A DNA stretch of 64,000 nucleotides from Phormidesmis sp. (GCA_965248535.1 CBDFJR010000005.1:1344001-1408000); one strand, 5' to 3'. Counted from the stretch's first letter, positions 22,685 to 32,477 are shown. Program-made: numbers and translations. Notes: generated from the sequence alone by a model not told the origin.

Positions 22685-23446
22685 ATGACTCGTAACGCTA
22701 TTCGATCGCTTCTGCCCTGGCTAGATGTTGTGGCGATCGCCGCTTGGGGCGTTTTGCTGCTCAATTATTGGCTGTCTGAGAAGCTTTTTTTGCTGATTCA
22801 CCCCAACTATATTGGGCTGACGGTGGCATCCGGCATTTTTTTGCTGTTGGTCAGTGGCTTAAAGGGGCTGTCTCTGCTGCGAACGAATCGCAGTCGCCAA
22901 GGGTCTGCGCCGATGCCCCACATGACGCTGTTTCCGCCAGGGTGGGGGAGTCTGCTGCTGCTGGTGGTCGCGATCGCGGGGTTATTTATCACGCCACGGG
23001 CCTTTGCGAGTCAGACGGCTCTCGATCGCGGAGTCAGTGATGCCATAACCCTGACGCGGGTGAAACCGCAGTCGTTTCGGGCGGCAACTCGCAGCGAAGA
23101 TAAAACCCTAATTGACTGGATTCGCACCCTCCAGGTTTACCCCGAACCGGATGCCTACGCTGGGCAAAAGGCAAAAGTTCAGGGGTTTGTGGTCTACCCG
23201 CCTAAGTTGCCAGAGCAATATCTATTCATTACCCGGTTTGTGATTACGTGCTGCGCCGCCGATGCTTACCCAGTGAGTTTGCCTGTGAAATTGATGACGG
23301 GCGATCGTCGCGCCTATGCCCCCGACAGTTGGTTAGAAATCGAAGGGCAACTGTTGACCGAAACGCTGGATGGCAAACGGCAATTAACGATTCAAGCTAA
23401 GTCTCTAAAACCCATCCCAGAGCCGAAGAATCCCTACAATTACTAA
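22685..23446 (+). CDS. TIGR03943 family putative permease subunit
   Basis: LIHPNY, YPEPDAYAGQ, RFVITCCAADAYP; operonic with the DUF318 gene. Confidence 0.85.
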   Translation: MTRNAIRSLLPWLDVVAIAAWGVLLLNYWLSEKLFLLIHPNYIGLTVASGIFLLLVSGLKGLSLLRTNRSRQGSAPMPHMTLFPPGWGSLLLLVVAIAGLFITPRAFASQTALDRGVSDAITLTRVKPQSFRAATRSEDKTLIDWIRTLQVYPEPDAYAGQKAKVQGFVVYPPKLPEQYLFITRFVITCCAADAYPVSLPVKLMTGDRRAYAPDSWLEIEGQLLTETLDGKRQLTIQAKSLKPIPEPKNPYNY

Positions 23447-23920
23447 AGATTGTAAATAGAACGTTGTCCTCTCAATAACTCGAATCGATTGAAAAATAAC
23501 TTAATCGATCGGGTTCTCTATTTCCGCTTTGTAATCACTCAATCCCATAGTCAGCCTTGACTGTGAATTCTGAGAAGCCAGAGTAAAATGTTTAAGATTC
23601 ATTAACTTCTCATAAAAATGTAAAGTATTTCAACGCTATCTTAATCATTGTCCTCAGAGCTAAAACTGCTAAAAACAAGCTGAAAAGCCGTCTGTGCAAG
23701 AGATTAAAGCTTTTTGATAGAGCCGTGAAAGACCAGAGTCTTCTCTGTCTATAGAGTCTCTTAAGATTAGAAATTATCCCCTAAAGATGTAAACTTTAAT
23801 CAACATATATTCACTCCTCTGATAGCTTTCTCTATACTAATTTCACAACGGCGATTCGCGGGGATCGCTATAAAGCTTTTCAAAACTAACAATAACCCTT
23901 TAACTCTGGGAGCAAGAATT

Positions 23921-24295
23921 ATGGCACTGGTTCAAAGTCAGCCTTTCAAGAACCTCTATTTCTTAGTCGCCCTCAAAAGCTTTTTGATCTGGACTTTTAC
24001 TCTCACAGTTTGCATGATTGTGGTTGGTTTTCCGGCTCTGGTTTTAGTGATTTCAGTTGGCGCTCTGGCAGCAGTTACCTTACACGCCATCATGCCATTT
24101 AGCGCCGTTTTATTGATTGCGGTTGGGCTAATCGGCATTCATGCCATTGGCATTATGCTAGCGGCTGCATTCATGACTGCTAATGGCATTCACCCTCAAG
24201 AGGTTGAGTGGTTGCGCTGGCTCAATGGTCAAGCCGACCCCTTACACACGTCAGTCTATGCCGCTTGCCCACTCACATGTGAAATCAATTCTTGA
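23921..24295 (+). CDS. Hypothetical membrane protein
   Basis: Hydrophobic ORF with GGAG upstream, long AT-rich promoter region and downstream terminator. Confidence 0.75.
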   Translation: MALVQSQPFKNLYFLVALKSFLIWTFTLTVCMIVVGFPALVLVISVGALAAVTLHAIMPFSAVLLIAVGLIGIHAIGIMLAAAFMTANGIHPQEVEWLRWLNGQADPLHTSVYAACPLTCEINS

Positions 24296-24387
24296 CTCCA
24301 AAACTAGCAGTCTAAAAACGCCAAATGCCTGCTTTTTGTAAGCACACTTTAAAAGTTTTGTGAATCATCGGTGAAACAGTCCTACTT

Positions 24388-24410
24388 AACCAGCTTCGGC
24401 TGGTTTTTTT
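24388..24410 (+). terminator. Intrinsic terminator
   Basis: AACCAGC-TTCG-GCTGGTT followed by a T-run. Confidence 0.8.
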
Positions 24411-24619
24411 GTGCGTTAATCTAAGGCTTGATTGAATTCGACCCTCCCTTTACCCTCAAAAAATCACAAATAGCGACTACGATAGGGAAGATATTTTCCT
24501 AATCGCACAATTGTTAATCAATCAGAATGGTGGAAACAAGGTTTAGAACGCTTAAGTTACCTGGCTTTTAGCTGGATGGCTCAGACGTTAGCTTCTCGGT
24601 TCTATGACTCAAAAAACTC

Positions 24620-25741
24620 ATGCTGAAGGTTCCTATTCCCATTTGCATCATCGTTGGCACTCGCCCCGAAGCGATTAAAATGGCTCCAGTTATTCAAGCC
24701 TTTCAACGATCGCCGCTGTTTGATGCCCAAGTGATTTTGACCGGGCAGCATCGCGAAATGGTGGATCAGGTGATGCACTTGTTTGACCTCACGCCCCATC
24801 ATGATCTGGCTATCATGCAGCCCAAGCAAACCCTGACCGATATCACCTGCTGGGCGATGCGGGGGTTAGAAGACCTGTTTCAAAAAATTCAGCCGCAGAT
24901 GGTGCTGGTGCAAGGAGACACGACCACGGCTTTTGCTGCCGCGATCGCCGCTTTTTATCAAAAGATTCCCGTTGGGCACGTCGAAGCAGGTCTGCGAACC
25001 GAAGATCTGTTGAACCCCTACCCCGAAGAAGCCAATCGCCGATTGATCTCTCAGGTGACTCAGCTTCACTTTGCCCCCACCTCAGTTGCGGTAGGGCATT
25101 TGCAGCGATCGGGCGTTTTGGGCGACATTCACCTAACGGGCAACACGGTGATTGATGCCTTACTCAAAGTGGCAGAACGCCAGCCCATCTGTGAGATTCC
25201 GGGGCTTGACTGGGGTCAACATCGGGTCATTTTGGCTACGGTGCATCGACGAGAAAACTGGGGCGACCCGCTCAAAGACATCGCTCAAGGCTTTCTTAGC
25301 GTGCTGAACCAGTTTGCTGACACGGCGCTGCTGCTGCCTCTGCACCGTAACCCGATCGTGCGTGACCCCTTAACGGCCATTTTAGGCAGCCATCCGCGAG
25401 TGTTTCTCACCGAGCCGCTTGACTACACCGAGTTGGTAGGGGCAATGCAGCGCTGTTATTTGCTGCTGACTGACTCAGGGGGCATTCAAGAAGAAGCGCC
25501 AAGTCTGGGAAAACCTGTCTTGGTGCTGCGAGAGACCACCGAGCGCCCCGAAGCCGTCACCGCAGGAACCGCCAAACTCGTTGGCACTGACCCCGCCAAC
25601 ATTTTCAGAGAAGCCTCAACCCTGTTGAGCGACCCAGCCGCCTATCAAGCCATGTCGAATGCTACCAGCCCTTTTGGGGATGGCTATGCGGCCGATCGCA
25701 TCGTGCATCTGGTCGAAGATTATCTACAAACGTGCCCCTAA
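24620..25741 (+). CDS. wecB: UDP-N-acetylglucosamine 2-epimerase (non-hydrolysing)
   Basis: GTRPEAIKMAP, TGQHREM, VQGDTTT, HVEAGLRT, TDSGGIQEEAPSLGKPVLVLRETTERPE. Confidence 0.96.
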   Translation: MLKVPIPICIIVGTRPEAIKMAPVIQAFQRSPLFDAQVILTGQHREMVDQVMHLFDLTPHHDLAIMQPKQTLTDITCWAMRGLEDLFQKIQPQMVLVQGDTTTAFAAAIAAFYQKIPVGHVEAGLRTEDLLNPYPEEANRRLISQVTQLHFAPTSVAVGHLQRSGVLGDIHLTGNTVIDALLKVAERQPICEIPGLDWGQHRVILATVHRRENWGDPLKDIAQGFLSVLNQFADTALLLPLHRNPIVRDPLTAILGSHPRVFLTEPLDYTELVGAMQRCYLLLTDSGGIQEEAPSLGKPVLVLRETTERPEAVTAGTAKLVGTDPANIFREASTLLSDPAAYQAMSNATSPFGDGYAADRIVHLVEDYLQTCP

Positions 25742-25769
25742 TCAGAGCCTGAGATCAGACTGCGTGCCT

Positions 25770-26042
25770 TTAGAGATCGGGCAAATCTGGCGGATCGATC
25801 TTGGCGGCATCTAGCAGTTTCTTTTTGGAGTCTCTTAGCTGTTGCCAAAGCTGCTTGATTTCTTTGTAGGCCTCTCCGGGCGGAATTTTACCCCCCGTTT
25901 CTAGCCCACAAAGCAGCGACACCCGTTGAGCAAACTCTTGCAAGTTAGCGTTAAAAGCTAGGTGCTCTGGGGTAAACTCGCCTCGATAATGCCCGACCGG
26001 GTAGAGAAACCCTTCTTTGCTGTTGTCTGTGTTATTTGCCAC
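25770..26042 (-). CDS. Conserved cyanobacterial hypothetical protein
   Basis: FLYP..YRGEFTPEHLAFNANLQEFAQRVSLLCGLETGGKI motif; GTG start assumed. Confidence 0.75.
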   Translation of the reverse strand: MANNTDNSKEGFLYPVGHYRGEFTPEHLAFNANLQEFAQRVSLLCGLETGGKIPPGEAYKEIKQLWQQLRDSKKKLLDAAKIDPPDLPDL

Positions 26043-26227
26043 AAGCTTTCCTGAGTAAACGAGGTGATCAAGCAACCCAATCAGTCGCATTGGTCAAACG
26101 ACTTCTCTACCATTCCTATCTCAAATTTGCAGGTTTGAAAAGAGAGTAGAGAAAGATTAGCAGGGTACTCTGAGTAAAATTCTGAGCAATCCTCCTGTCC
26201 AGTCCCATTTTCTAAATCGGCTCAGTT

Positions 26228-27214
26228 ATGCGATCGGATCAACCTAAAAAACGATTTTTGCCTAAGATTTCAGTCATTGTGCCCATTTATAACGGCGAAG
26301 CAGACCTGCCGGGGTTGTTGGGCTGTTTGAGGGCGCAGACCTATCCGAGTGATCTCGTCAACTATTGCCTGGTGGATAATGGCAGTCACGATCGCACGGT
26401 TGAAATGCTTGAGGCTGCCAGTCAAGCCACTGAGAATTTTGTGATTCTAACCGAGTCTCAGATTCAAAGCTCTTATGCGGCTCGAAATGTGGGCATTCGA
26501 TCAACGACTAGAGAAATTTTGGTGTTTACCGATGCCGATTGTCGCCCCGAACCCGACTGGTTAGAGACGTTGATGCAGCCGTTTGAAGATGGAGCGGTGG
26601 GGCTGGTGGCAGGAGAGATCAAGGCGCTTTTAGGCAACACGGTCTTAGAGCAACACGCCGATCGCCAAGAAACTCTCTCGCAAAAGCACACCTTGGGGCA
26701 CCCATTTTGCGCTTATGGTCAGACGGCTAATTTAGCAGTTCGCTATCAGGTGTTTGAGCAGGTGGGGCTGTTTCGCCCTTATCTAACCACGGGCGGCGAC
26801 GCAGATTTTTGCTGGCGAGCGCTGCGGCTTACGCCCTGGCAGATGCGGTTTGCAGAAACGGCGATCGTGCAGCACCGTCACCGATCGACGCTGGCAGAGC
26901 TTCGCAGTCAGTGGCACCGATATGGTTGCTCAAACCGCTATCTACACGAGTTGCACGGCGTAGATTTGACCCGCACTTTTAGCTGGCAGGGCTATGGCTA
27001 TCGTCTGGCCCGCTGGTTGTTAAAAGAATTGCCGATCGCGGCTCTGCACGCGCTACAGCAGAAAGTAACGCTGGCAGATCTCTTTAGCACCCCGATCGGG
27101 CTAATCTGCGCCCATGCTCGCGCCACCGGGCAGCGCCATGCCCGCCTCCCTGATCAAGCCCGCCGGATCGAGTGGCTTCATGACCCAAATCTCATCACCC
27201 CGATTCATTTTTAA
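26228..27214 (+). CDS. Glycosyltransferase family 2
   Basis: ISVIVPIYN, VDNGSHD, SSYAARNVGI, FTDADC, GGDADFCWR. Confidence 0.92.
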   Translation: MRSDQPKKRFLPKISVIVPIYNGEADLPGLLGCLRAQTYPSDLVNYCLVDNGSHDRTVEMLEAASQATENFVILTESQIQSSYAARNVGIRSTTREILVFTDADCRPEPDWLETLMQPFEDGAVGLVAGEIKALLGNTVLEQHADRQETLSQKHTLGHPFCAYGQTANLAVRYQVFEQVGLFRPYLTTGGDADFCWRALRLTPWQMRFAETAIVQHRHRSTLAELRSQWHRYGCSNRYLHELHGVDLTRTFSWQGYGYRLARWLLKELPIAALHALQQKVTLADLFSTPIGLICAHARATGQRHARLPDQARRIEWLHDPNLITPIHF

Positions 27215-27228
27215 CTCAGATTTTTAAT

Positions 27229-27489
27229 ATGACCGTCACGTTGCTGACCCTTGGAGCGCTGGTTTTGGCTGGTTTGATAATTTATGGAGTCGCTCAACCA
27301 AAGCGCGATCGCCGATCGTCGCGCCGCGCCCTGAGTCGCCCGCCCAAACGAGTGCTGCTGCTGCTCAACGGCGACGCAGCCACCGCCCAGCGATTGTTTG
27401 AAATGGCGCGGCTGAAAAATCCGAGAGAGTCTGATCAGTGGTGCTGGGAAAAAGTGCTGTGGGATCTAGAGCGCGATCGTCGCTGGTAA
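27229..27489 (+). CDS. Small hypothetical protein with N-terminal TM helix
   Basis: TM segment; LLNGDAATAQRL...NP..SDQWCWEKVLWDLERDR. Confidence 0.7.
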   Translation: MTVTLLTLGALVLAGLIIYGVAQPKRDRRSSRRALSRPPKRVLLLLNGDAATAQRLFEMARLKNPRESDQWCWEKVLWDLERDRRW

Positions 27490-27524
27490 GATCAAGATCC
27501 TGCAACCAAGATTGATTTAAGGCT

Positions 27525-28133
27525 TTGAGCTACTATCGTCAAACCCCTAACGCGTTCGCCACTTCTTATCTTGAGGATTTGCGAAAAAAGATTTTAGCTT
27601 GCCCTTATTTTGCGGTCAATAATCTCAATCGTGATTTTGTCGGCACCAAAGGATTTTCGGTGGTGTTTCAGCGATCGCGCCTCGAAACCGTTGCCGAGAA
27701 GTTTCCCTTCTTTAAGAATTATCTAGATCGAGCACTTGAGTCTAGCTGCAATGCGTTTTATCTCAATCCCTTAATGCTGCAAGAAGGGTCTCGCGTCGAT
27801 CCACATATTGACCGATCGCTGCGGTCTTATTGCAAAACGATCCATCCTCCTGACAGTGTGAGCGTGCTCTATGTGCAGGTGCCATCGGGAATGCAGGGCG
27901 GTGAGCTAGTTTTGCGAAATCATAATCGTCAAGTCGGGCAAGTTAAGCCACAAGAGAATCTGTTGATTCATTTTCAGGGCGATTTGACCCACTCGGTAAA
28001 TCTGGTTAAAGTTCCCGGAACCCGACTGAGCCTAGTCTGTGAACAATATAATTTGGAGGAGTCGGAGTTGCGAGAGATTCCAGAGTTTACGATCGAGTCC
28101 CGCGTGATGAGTGCCAAGCGACCCCGATCGTGA
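27525..28133 (+). CDS. 2OG-Fe(II) oxygenase family protein
   Basis: HID motif, GGEL, LTHSV, RLSLVCEQY. Confidence 0.85.
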   Translation: MSYYRQTPNAFATSYLEDLRKKILACPYFAVNNLNRDFVGTKGFSVVFQRSRLETVAEKFPFFKNYLDRALESSCNAFYLNPLMLQEGSRVDPHIDRSLRSYCKTIHPPDSVSVLYVQVPSGMQGGELVLRNHNRQVGQVKPQENLLIHFQGDLTHSVNLVKVPGTRLSLVCEQYNLEESELREIPEFTIESRVMSAKRPRS

Positions 28134-28259
28134 ACAGAACCAAACTTCTATTGAGAGAAGAGCACAATGTAGGACAAACCGCTCTGAAACTTTGCATCCA
28201 CATCAGGGCTTAAGCTAGTCTGCTCTGACTGGGTTATGTTGCCGCGATCGCAACCATCA

Positions 28260-28478
28260 TCAAGCAATTTGAAGCGTCCTTGGTTCAGGGATAGGTTCTC
28301 CTTCTGCTTGCCAAGCCTCCAAGTACATTTCAATCACTTCTTCGCCGTTATGAATGGCTTCCTCACGGGTTTTGCCATGCGTGCAGGGCATGACAACAAG
28401 ATTGGCAAACTCTGGAATCGTGACGAGGAAAAGCTGATCTTCGTCAGACCATTGAACAATCATGCTGTATCGATTCAT
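28260..28478 (-). CDS. hicB: HicB family antitoxin (copy 1)
   Basis: MNRYSMIVQWSDEDQLFLVTIPEF...THGKTREEAIHNGEEVIEMYLE...PIPEP. Confidence 0.9.
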   Translation of the reverse strand: MNRYSMIVQWSDEDQLFLVTIPEFANLVVMPCTHGKTREEAIHNGEEVIEMYLEAWQAEGEPIPEPRTLQIA

Positions 28479-28699
28479 GAATCCCCGTCCTCCCTTAACT
28501 CTTTCAGTACAGTAAGTAACTTTGCTAGTTGTTTTTCTAGGTAGAGTGGTACATCGTCTCCATCCTTGCCTGGAATTGTCAGTGTTTCTTTGAGCAAAGG
28601 ATGTCGCCAACGCTCATGGCTGCCTTTGCCACGCTTTGGCAGATAAACAAACCCTTCACGCGCAATCTGAGTTTTTAACGCTCGAATTTTCCTGGGCAT
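28475..28699 (-). CDS. hicA: HicA family toxin (copy 1)
   Basis: GF...RGKGSHERWRHP...LTIPG. Confidence 0.9.
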   Translation of the reverse strand: MPRKIRALKTQIAREGFVYLPKRGKGSHERWRHPLLKETLTIPGKDGDDVPLYLEKQLAKLLTVLKELREDGDS

Positions 28700-28752
28700 C
28701 GATATTGCCTAACTTTTCCCCTATTCTTTTTATTATCCTATTAAGAGTGCCG

Positions 28753-28857
28753 GAGAACGTAAATGGGATCGCGTTCTGCAATCTCTCAAAAGCGGATGTA
28801 GTGCGCCATCAGTTGGTGCAGCGCATTGTCGAAGCTTATGAAGAGTTTGAGCAGTAG
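28753..28857 (+). pseudogene. phoH: Orphan 3' fragment of phoH (copy 1)
   Basis: Translates to ENVNGIAFCNLSKADVVRHQLVQRIVEAYEEFEQ*, the PhoH C-terminal DVVRHxLVxxIVxAY motif; no N-terminal part present. Confidence 0.85.
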
Positions 28858-28920
28858 TTCACTGAGAGGGGACGAAATGCAGCGTAATGGCAAGGACAAA
28901 ATCAGCCCCTAATTCGCCTC

Positions 28921-29166
28921 TCATTCCCCTGTGTAGAAATAGGAAAACAGCTCTTCTTCAGGAATATATTGGCTTGCTTGCCGAAGAATGACTCTACAGG
29001 TTCCTGTATCTAGCTGCTTATGATTTGGTACGATTAGCGTCTCGTTGCCTGATTCTCCAACTCGGCGGAGTTTAATGTGACTTCCTTTCTGGCTGTGAAC
29101 TTGAAATCCAAACGATTCGAGGATTGAAATCACACCTTCCGCAGATAAGCGTTTCAGCTTAGGCAT
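28921..29166 (-). CDS. hicA: HicA family toxin (second type)
   Basis: MPKLKRLSAEGVISILESFGF...QKGSHIKLRR...VPNHKQLDTGT. Confidence 0.9.
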   Translation of the reverse strand: MPKLKRLSAEGVISILESFGFQVHSQKGSHIKLRRVGESGNETLIVPNHKQLDTGTCRVILRQASQYIPEEELFSYFYTGE

Positions 29167-29392
29167 ACTGTGGAACTAGCTCAAACGTAACCACGATCGA
29201 GGGTTGAGAGATGACTTGCAATCGGCTCAAATCTTCATCTTCGAGATACAGAGAAACCGCCTCACTCAGATTTTGCATGACTTCATCCAAGGTGTCTCCC
29301 TGAGTCACAATGGCAAACTCTTGGCACTCGGCAACATATCCGCTTTGGTCGCCCGGATAAACTGTTGCGTGGATCTTTTCTCGAAGGGTCAT
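29159..29392 (-). CDS. hicB: HicB family antitoxin (second type)
   Basis: GYVAEC...IVTQGDTLDEVMQNLSEAVSLYLE. Confidence 0.9.
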   Translation of the reverse strand: MTLREKIHATVYPGDQSGYVAECQEFAIVTQGDTLDEVMQNLSEAVSLYLEDEDLSRLQVISQPSIVVTFELVPQYA

Positions 29393-29505
29393 TGACTCTC
29401 ACAGGAATTAAGTGGGTTTAATTTTAGCGTAGCACTCCGGCGAAGTGCGATCGTACTTTTTCCCAACTCAATTCTTAATCCCCGTAGTAGCGATCGCAAC
29501 CATCA

Positions 29506-29724
29506 TCAAGCAATTTGAAGCGTCCTTGGTTCAGGGATAGGTTCTCCTTCTGCTTGCCAAGCCTCTAAGTACATTTCAATCACTTCTTCGCCGTTATGAA
29601 TGGCTTCCTCACGGGTTTTGCCATGCGTGCAGGGCATGACAACAAGATTGGCAAACTCTGGAATCGTGACGAGGAAAAGCTGATCTTCGTCAGACCATTG
29701 AACAATCATGCTGTATCGATTCAT
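29506..29724 (-). CDS. hicB: HicB family antitoxin (copy 2)
   Basis: Same protein sequence as 28260-28478. Confidence 0.9.
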   Translation of the reverse strand: MNRYSMIVQWSDEDQLFLVTIPEFANLVVMPCTHGKTREEAIHNGEEVIEMYLEAWQAEGEPIPEPRTLQIA

Positions 29725-29945
29725 GAATCCCCGTCCTCCCTTAACTCTTTCAGTACAGTAAGTAACTTTGCTAGTTGTTTTTCTAGGTAGAGTGGTACAT
29801 CGTCTCCATCTCTGCCTGGAATTGTCAGTGTTTCTTTGAGCGAAGGATGTCGCCAACGCTCATGGCTGCCTTTGCCACGCTTTGGCAGATAAACAAACCC
29901 TTCACGCGCAATCTGAGTTTTTAACGCTCGAATTTTCCTGGGCAT
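29721..29945 (-). CDS. hicA: HicA family toxin (copy 2)
   Basis: Two amino-acid differences (L>S, K>R) from 28475-28699. Confidence 0.9.
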   Translation of the reverse strand: MPRKIRALKTQIAREGFVYLPKRGKGSHERWRHPSLKETLTIPGRDGDDVPLYLEKQLAKLLTVLKELREDGDS

Positions 29946-29998
29946 CGATATTGCCTAACTTTTCCCCTATTCTTTTTATTATCCTATTAAGAGTGCCG

Positions 29999-30100
29999 GA
30001 GAACGTAGATGGAATCGCGTTCTGCAATCTCTCAAAAGCGGATGTGGTGCGACATCAGTTGGTGCAGCGCACTGTCAAGGCTTATGAGGTGTTTGAGTAA
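29999..30100 (+). pseudogene. phoH: Orphan 3' fragment of phoH (copy 2)
   Basis: ENVDGIAFCNLSKADVVRHQLVQRTVKAYEVFE*. Confidence 0.85.
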
Positions 30101-30225
30101 TAACGCACCACCGATAGCAACGAGCCTCAAACTCAGCACGCCTATTTTTCAACCAGCCGCTGCATTTGATTTGTTATACTTCTGAAGATCGAATCACTGG
30201 TCAGTTTTGGGAAGTGAAGTGCAGG

Positions 30226-31371
30226 ATGCTAGACAGCAAGCAGCAAGCAGAAGAAGAGCTGGAGAATGCTGATCTTGGTCTGGGTGTTGACCCCGATGAA
30301 GATGAAAGTATAATTCAGCCGTTTGACCCTGAATTAATTAGGGTTGAAACTCGACCGATGACAATTGACCTGTTGCTACAACGTATTAAATATGAGGAGC
30401 TTAATCTAACGCCAGATTTTCAGCGGAAGGACGGGATTTGGAATCCTCGTACTAAAAGTCGTCTCATTGAATCCATCCTTATTCGGATTCCACTGCCAGC
30501 TTTTTACATGGATGCCACTGATGAGGATAAGTGGGTAGTTATTGACGGCTTACAAAGATTAACGACCTTGAAAATGTTTGTTAATGATAAATCACTAAAA
30601 CTTAGCGAACTTGAGTTTTTGACCCAGCTTGAAAATAAAACTTTTGAGGAATTGCCACGCAATCTACAACGACGAATTATTGAAACTCAAGTCACAGTCT
30701 ATTTAATTGAGAAAGGAACGCCTAGCAAAGTTAAATTTAATATCTTTAAACGCATCAATACTGGTGGCTTGCCGTTATCGTTACAAGAAATTCGCCATGC
30801 TCTAAATATTGGTCATTCAACTAGGTTTTTGGAGAAACTTGCTAACTCGGCTGAGTTCAAGAAAGCAACTGCTCATAGAAACTTCAGCCAACGGATGGCA
30901 GATCGTGAGTTCATACTACGATTTCTAGCTTTTGTGATTCATCCCTACACCGACTACAAAGCGACAGAGTTTGATAGCTTTCTGAGTGACGTGATGGCAG
31001 AGATTAATGAAATGAGTGAACAGAGAATTAACGATCTGGAACTGAAATTTAGCAAGGCTATGATTGCTGCTTACGAAATTTTTGGCAATGATGCTTTTCG
31101 TAAGCGATCCAGACAAGATGCCCCAAGGTCACCAATTAATAAAGCATTGTTTGAATCTTGGTCAGTTAGTCTAAGTCAGTTAAGTAGGGATCAGATTCAA
31201 ACCTTGGTAGAACGTAAAGAGCAATTGAAAATGGGCTTTATTGGACTCATGAACGATCGCGAAGTGGAGCCTAAATTTGAGTCATCCATCTCTCAAGGAA
31301 CGGGAGATACTAGAAAAGTCAAACGTAGGTTCAGTGCTATTGAGCAGTTGATTCAAGAGGTCTTAGCGTGA
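30226..31371 (+). CDS. DUF262 (ParB/GmrS-like) protein; Menshen NsnA-like
   Basis: PDFQR...W...KSRLIESILIRIPLPAFY, VIDGLQRLTTL, IFKRINTGG. Confidence 0.88.
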   Translation: MLDSKQQAEEELENADLGLGVDPDEDESIIQPFDPELIRVETRPMTIDLLLQRIKYEELNLTPDFQRKDGIWNPRTKSRLIESILIRIPLPAFYMDATDEDKWVVIDGLQRLTTLKMFVNDKSLKLSELEFLTQLENKTFEELPRNLQRRIIETQVTVYLIEKGTPSKVKFNIFKRINTGGLPLSLQEIRHALNIGHSTRFLEKLANSAEFKKATAHRNFSQRMADREFILRFLAFVIHPYTDYKATEFDSFLSDVMAEINEMSEQRINDLELKFSKAMIAAYEIFGNDAFRKRSRQDAPRSPINKALFESWSVSLSQLSRDQIQTLVERKEQLKMGFIGLMNDREVEPKFESSISQGTGDTRKVKRRFSAIEQLIQEVLA

Positions 31372-32477
31372 TCTGCCAACTGCGCTTACAAAACTTCAAA
31401 CGATTTGAGGATCAATCTTTAGAACTTGGAGCATTGACTCTCCTTTCAGGACTCAATGGAATGGGGAAATCTTCCGTTCTGCAATCCCTTTTGCTGTTGC
31501 GTCAGTCATATCAACAAGGATTATTAGAATCTACTGGTTTAGCCTTAAACGGCGATTTAGTCCGTATTGGCACTGCCAGAGATGCTCTATTTGAGGATGC
31601 GAGAGAGGACAAAATTGAATTTGTTCTTACTTTTAGAAATGGCAGTGAAGCAATCTGGCAGTTTGGCTATGATCCTGAAGCAGATATTTTAGGGCTGACT
31701 TCATCTGCTGTGCCATCTGAAACTTACCAACTCAGCTTATTTGGTGATAATTTTCAATACTTGCAAGCTGAACGTCTTGGGCCTCGAACCTCTTTTGCAA
31801 TATCTGATTTTCAAGTGCGACAGCATCGTCAGTTAGGAACTATGGGCGAGTATGCTGCCCACTTCCTATCCATTTTTAGAGACTCTGAAATTTCAACTCC
31901 TACGCTCAGTCATCCGCAAGCAAAGTCTTTAAACTTGCTGAACCAAGTTGAGGCTTGGTTGGGTGAAATTAGTCCTGGAACTCGGATTCATATCGTTGAT
32001 AGCCCAGGTATGGATCTGGTGAGCCTACAATATTCTTTTGGACTAAGCAAGGAGTATCGTGCAACAAATGTTGGCTTCGGCATCACATACACGTTGCCCG
32101 TGATCACTGCCATCTTGTCAGCCAAACCTGGAGCTTTAATACTACTTGAGAACCCAGAGGCGCATCTGCATCCCAAAGGTCAAGCTCTCATGGGTAGTTT
32201 ATTAGCCAAAGCTGCGGCTGAAGGTGTGCAGATTATTCTAGAAACTCACAGCGATCATGTGCTAAATGGAATTCGTCTTGCTGTGCATGGAGGAAGTCTT
32301 GATCCTAATGCAGTGCGATTACACTTTTTTCAGAGACGTGAATCTCCGGGGCAGTCTATCAGTGAAGTGATTTCACCCCGGATGAATCGTAGAGGACGAA
32401 TTGACCAATGGCCTGATGGATTTTTTGATGAGTGGGATAATAGTCTTGCTGCGTTACTTCAACCCGTTGAGGAGTGA
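31368..32477 (+). CDS. AAA/ABC-type ATPase with DUF3696 C-terminus; Menshen NsnB-like
   Basis: LQNFKRF, Walker A GLNGMGKSS, NVGFGITYTLP, LLENPEAHLHP, ETHSDH, IDQWPDGFFDEW. Confidence 0.88.
   Translation: MICQLRLQNFKRFEDQSLELGALTLLSGLNGMGKSSVLQSLLLLRQSYQQGLLESTGLALNGDLVRIGTARDALFEDAREDKIEFVLTFRNGSEAIWQFGYDPEADILGLTSSAVPSETYQLSLFGDNFQYLQAERLGPRTSFAISDFQVRQHRQLGTMGEYAAHFLSIFRDSEISTPTLSHPQAKSLNLLNQVEAWLGEISPGTRIHIVDSPGMDLVSLQYSFGLSKEYRATNVGFGITYTLPVITAILSAKPGALILLENPEAHLHPKGQALMGSLLAKAAAEGVQIILETHSDHVLNGIRLAVHGGSLDPNAVRLHFFQRRESPGQSISEVISPRMNRRGRIDQWPDGFFDEWDNSLAALLQPVEE

Larger units (their letters stand above)
28244..28851. repeat. 608-bp direct repeat, copy 1 (hicB-hicA + phoH 3' tail)
   Basis: Near-identical to 29490-30097 (offset 1246); starts at a HIP1 site. 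Confidence 0.95.
29490..30097. repeat. 608-bp direct repeat, copy 2
   Basis: Near-identical to 28244-28851; starts at HIP1 GCGATCGC. Confidence 0.95.

Noticed and set aside
28636..28857. 73-aa ORF (and the twin at 29882-30100) as real genes
   Set aside because: The N-terminal part is antisense to hicA and its promoter; only the last ~34 codons are meaningful, as a phoH fragment.
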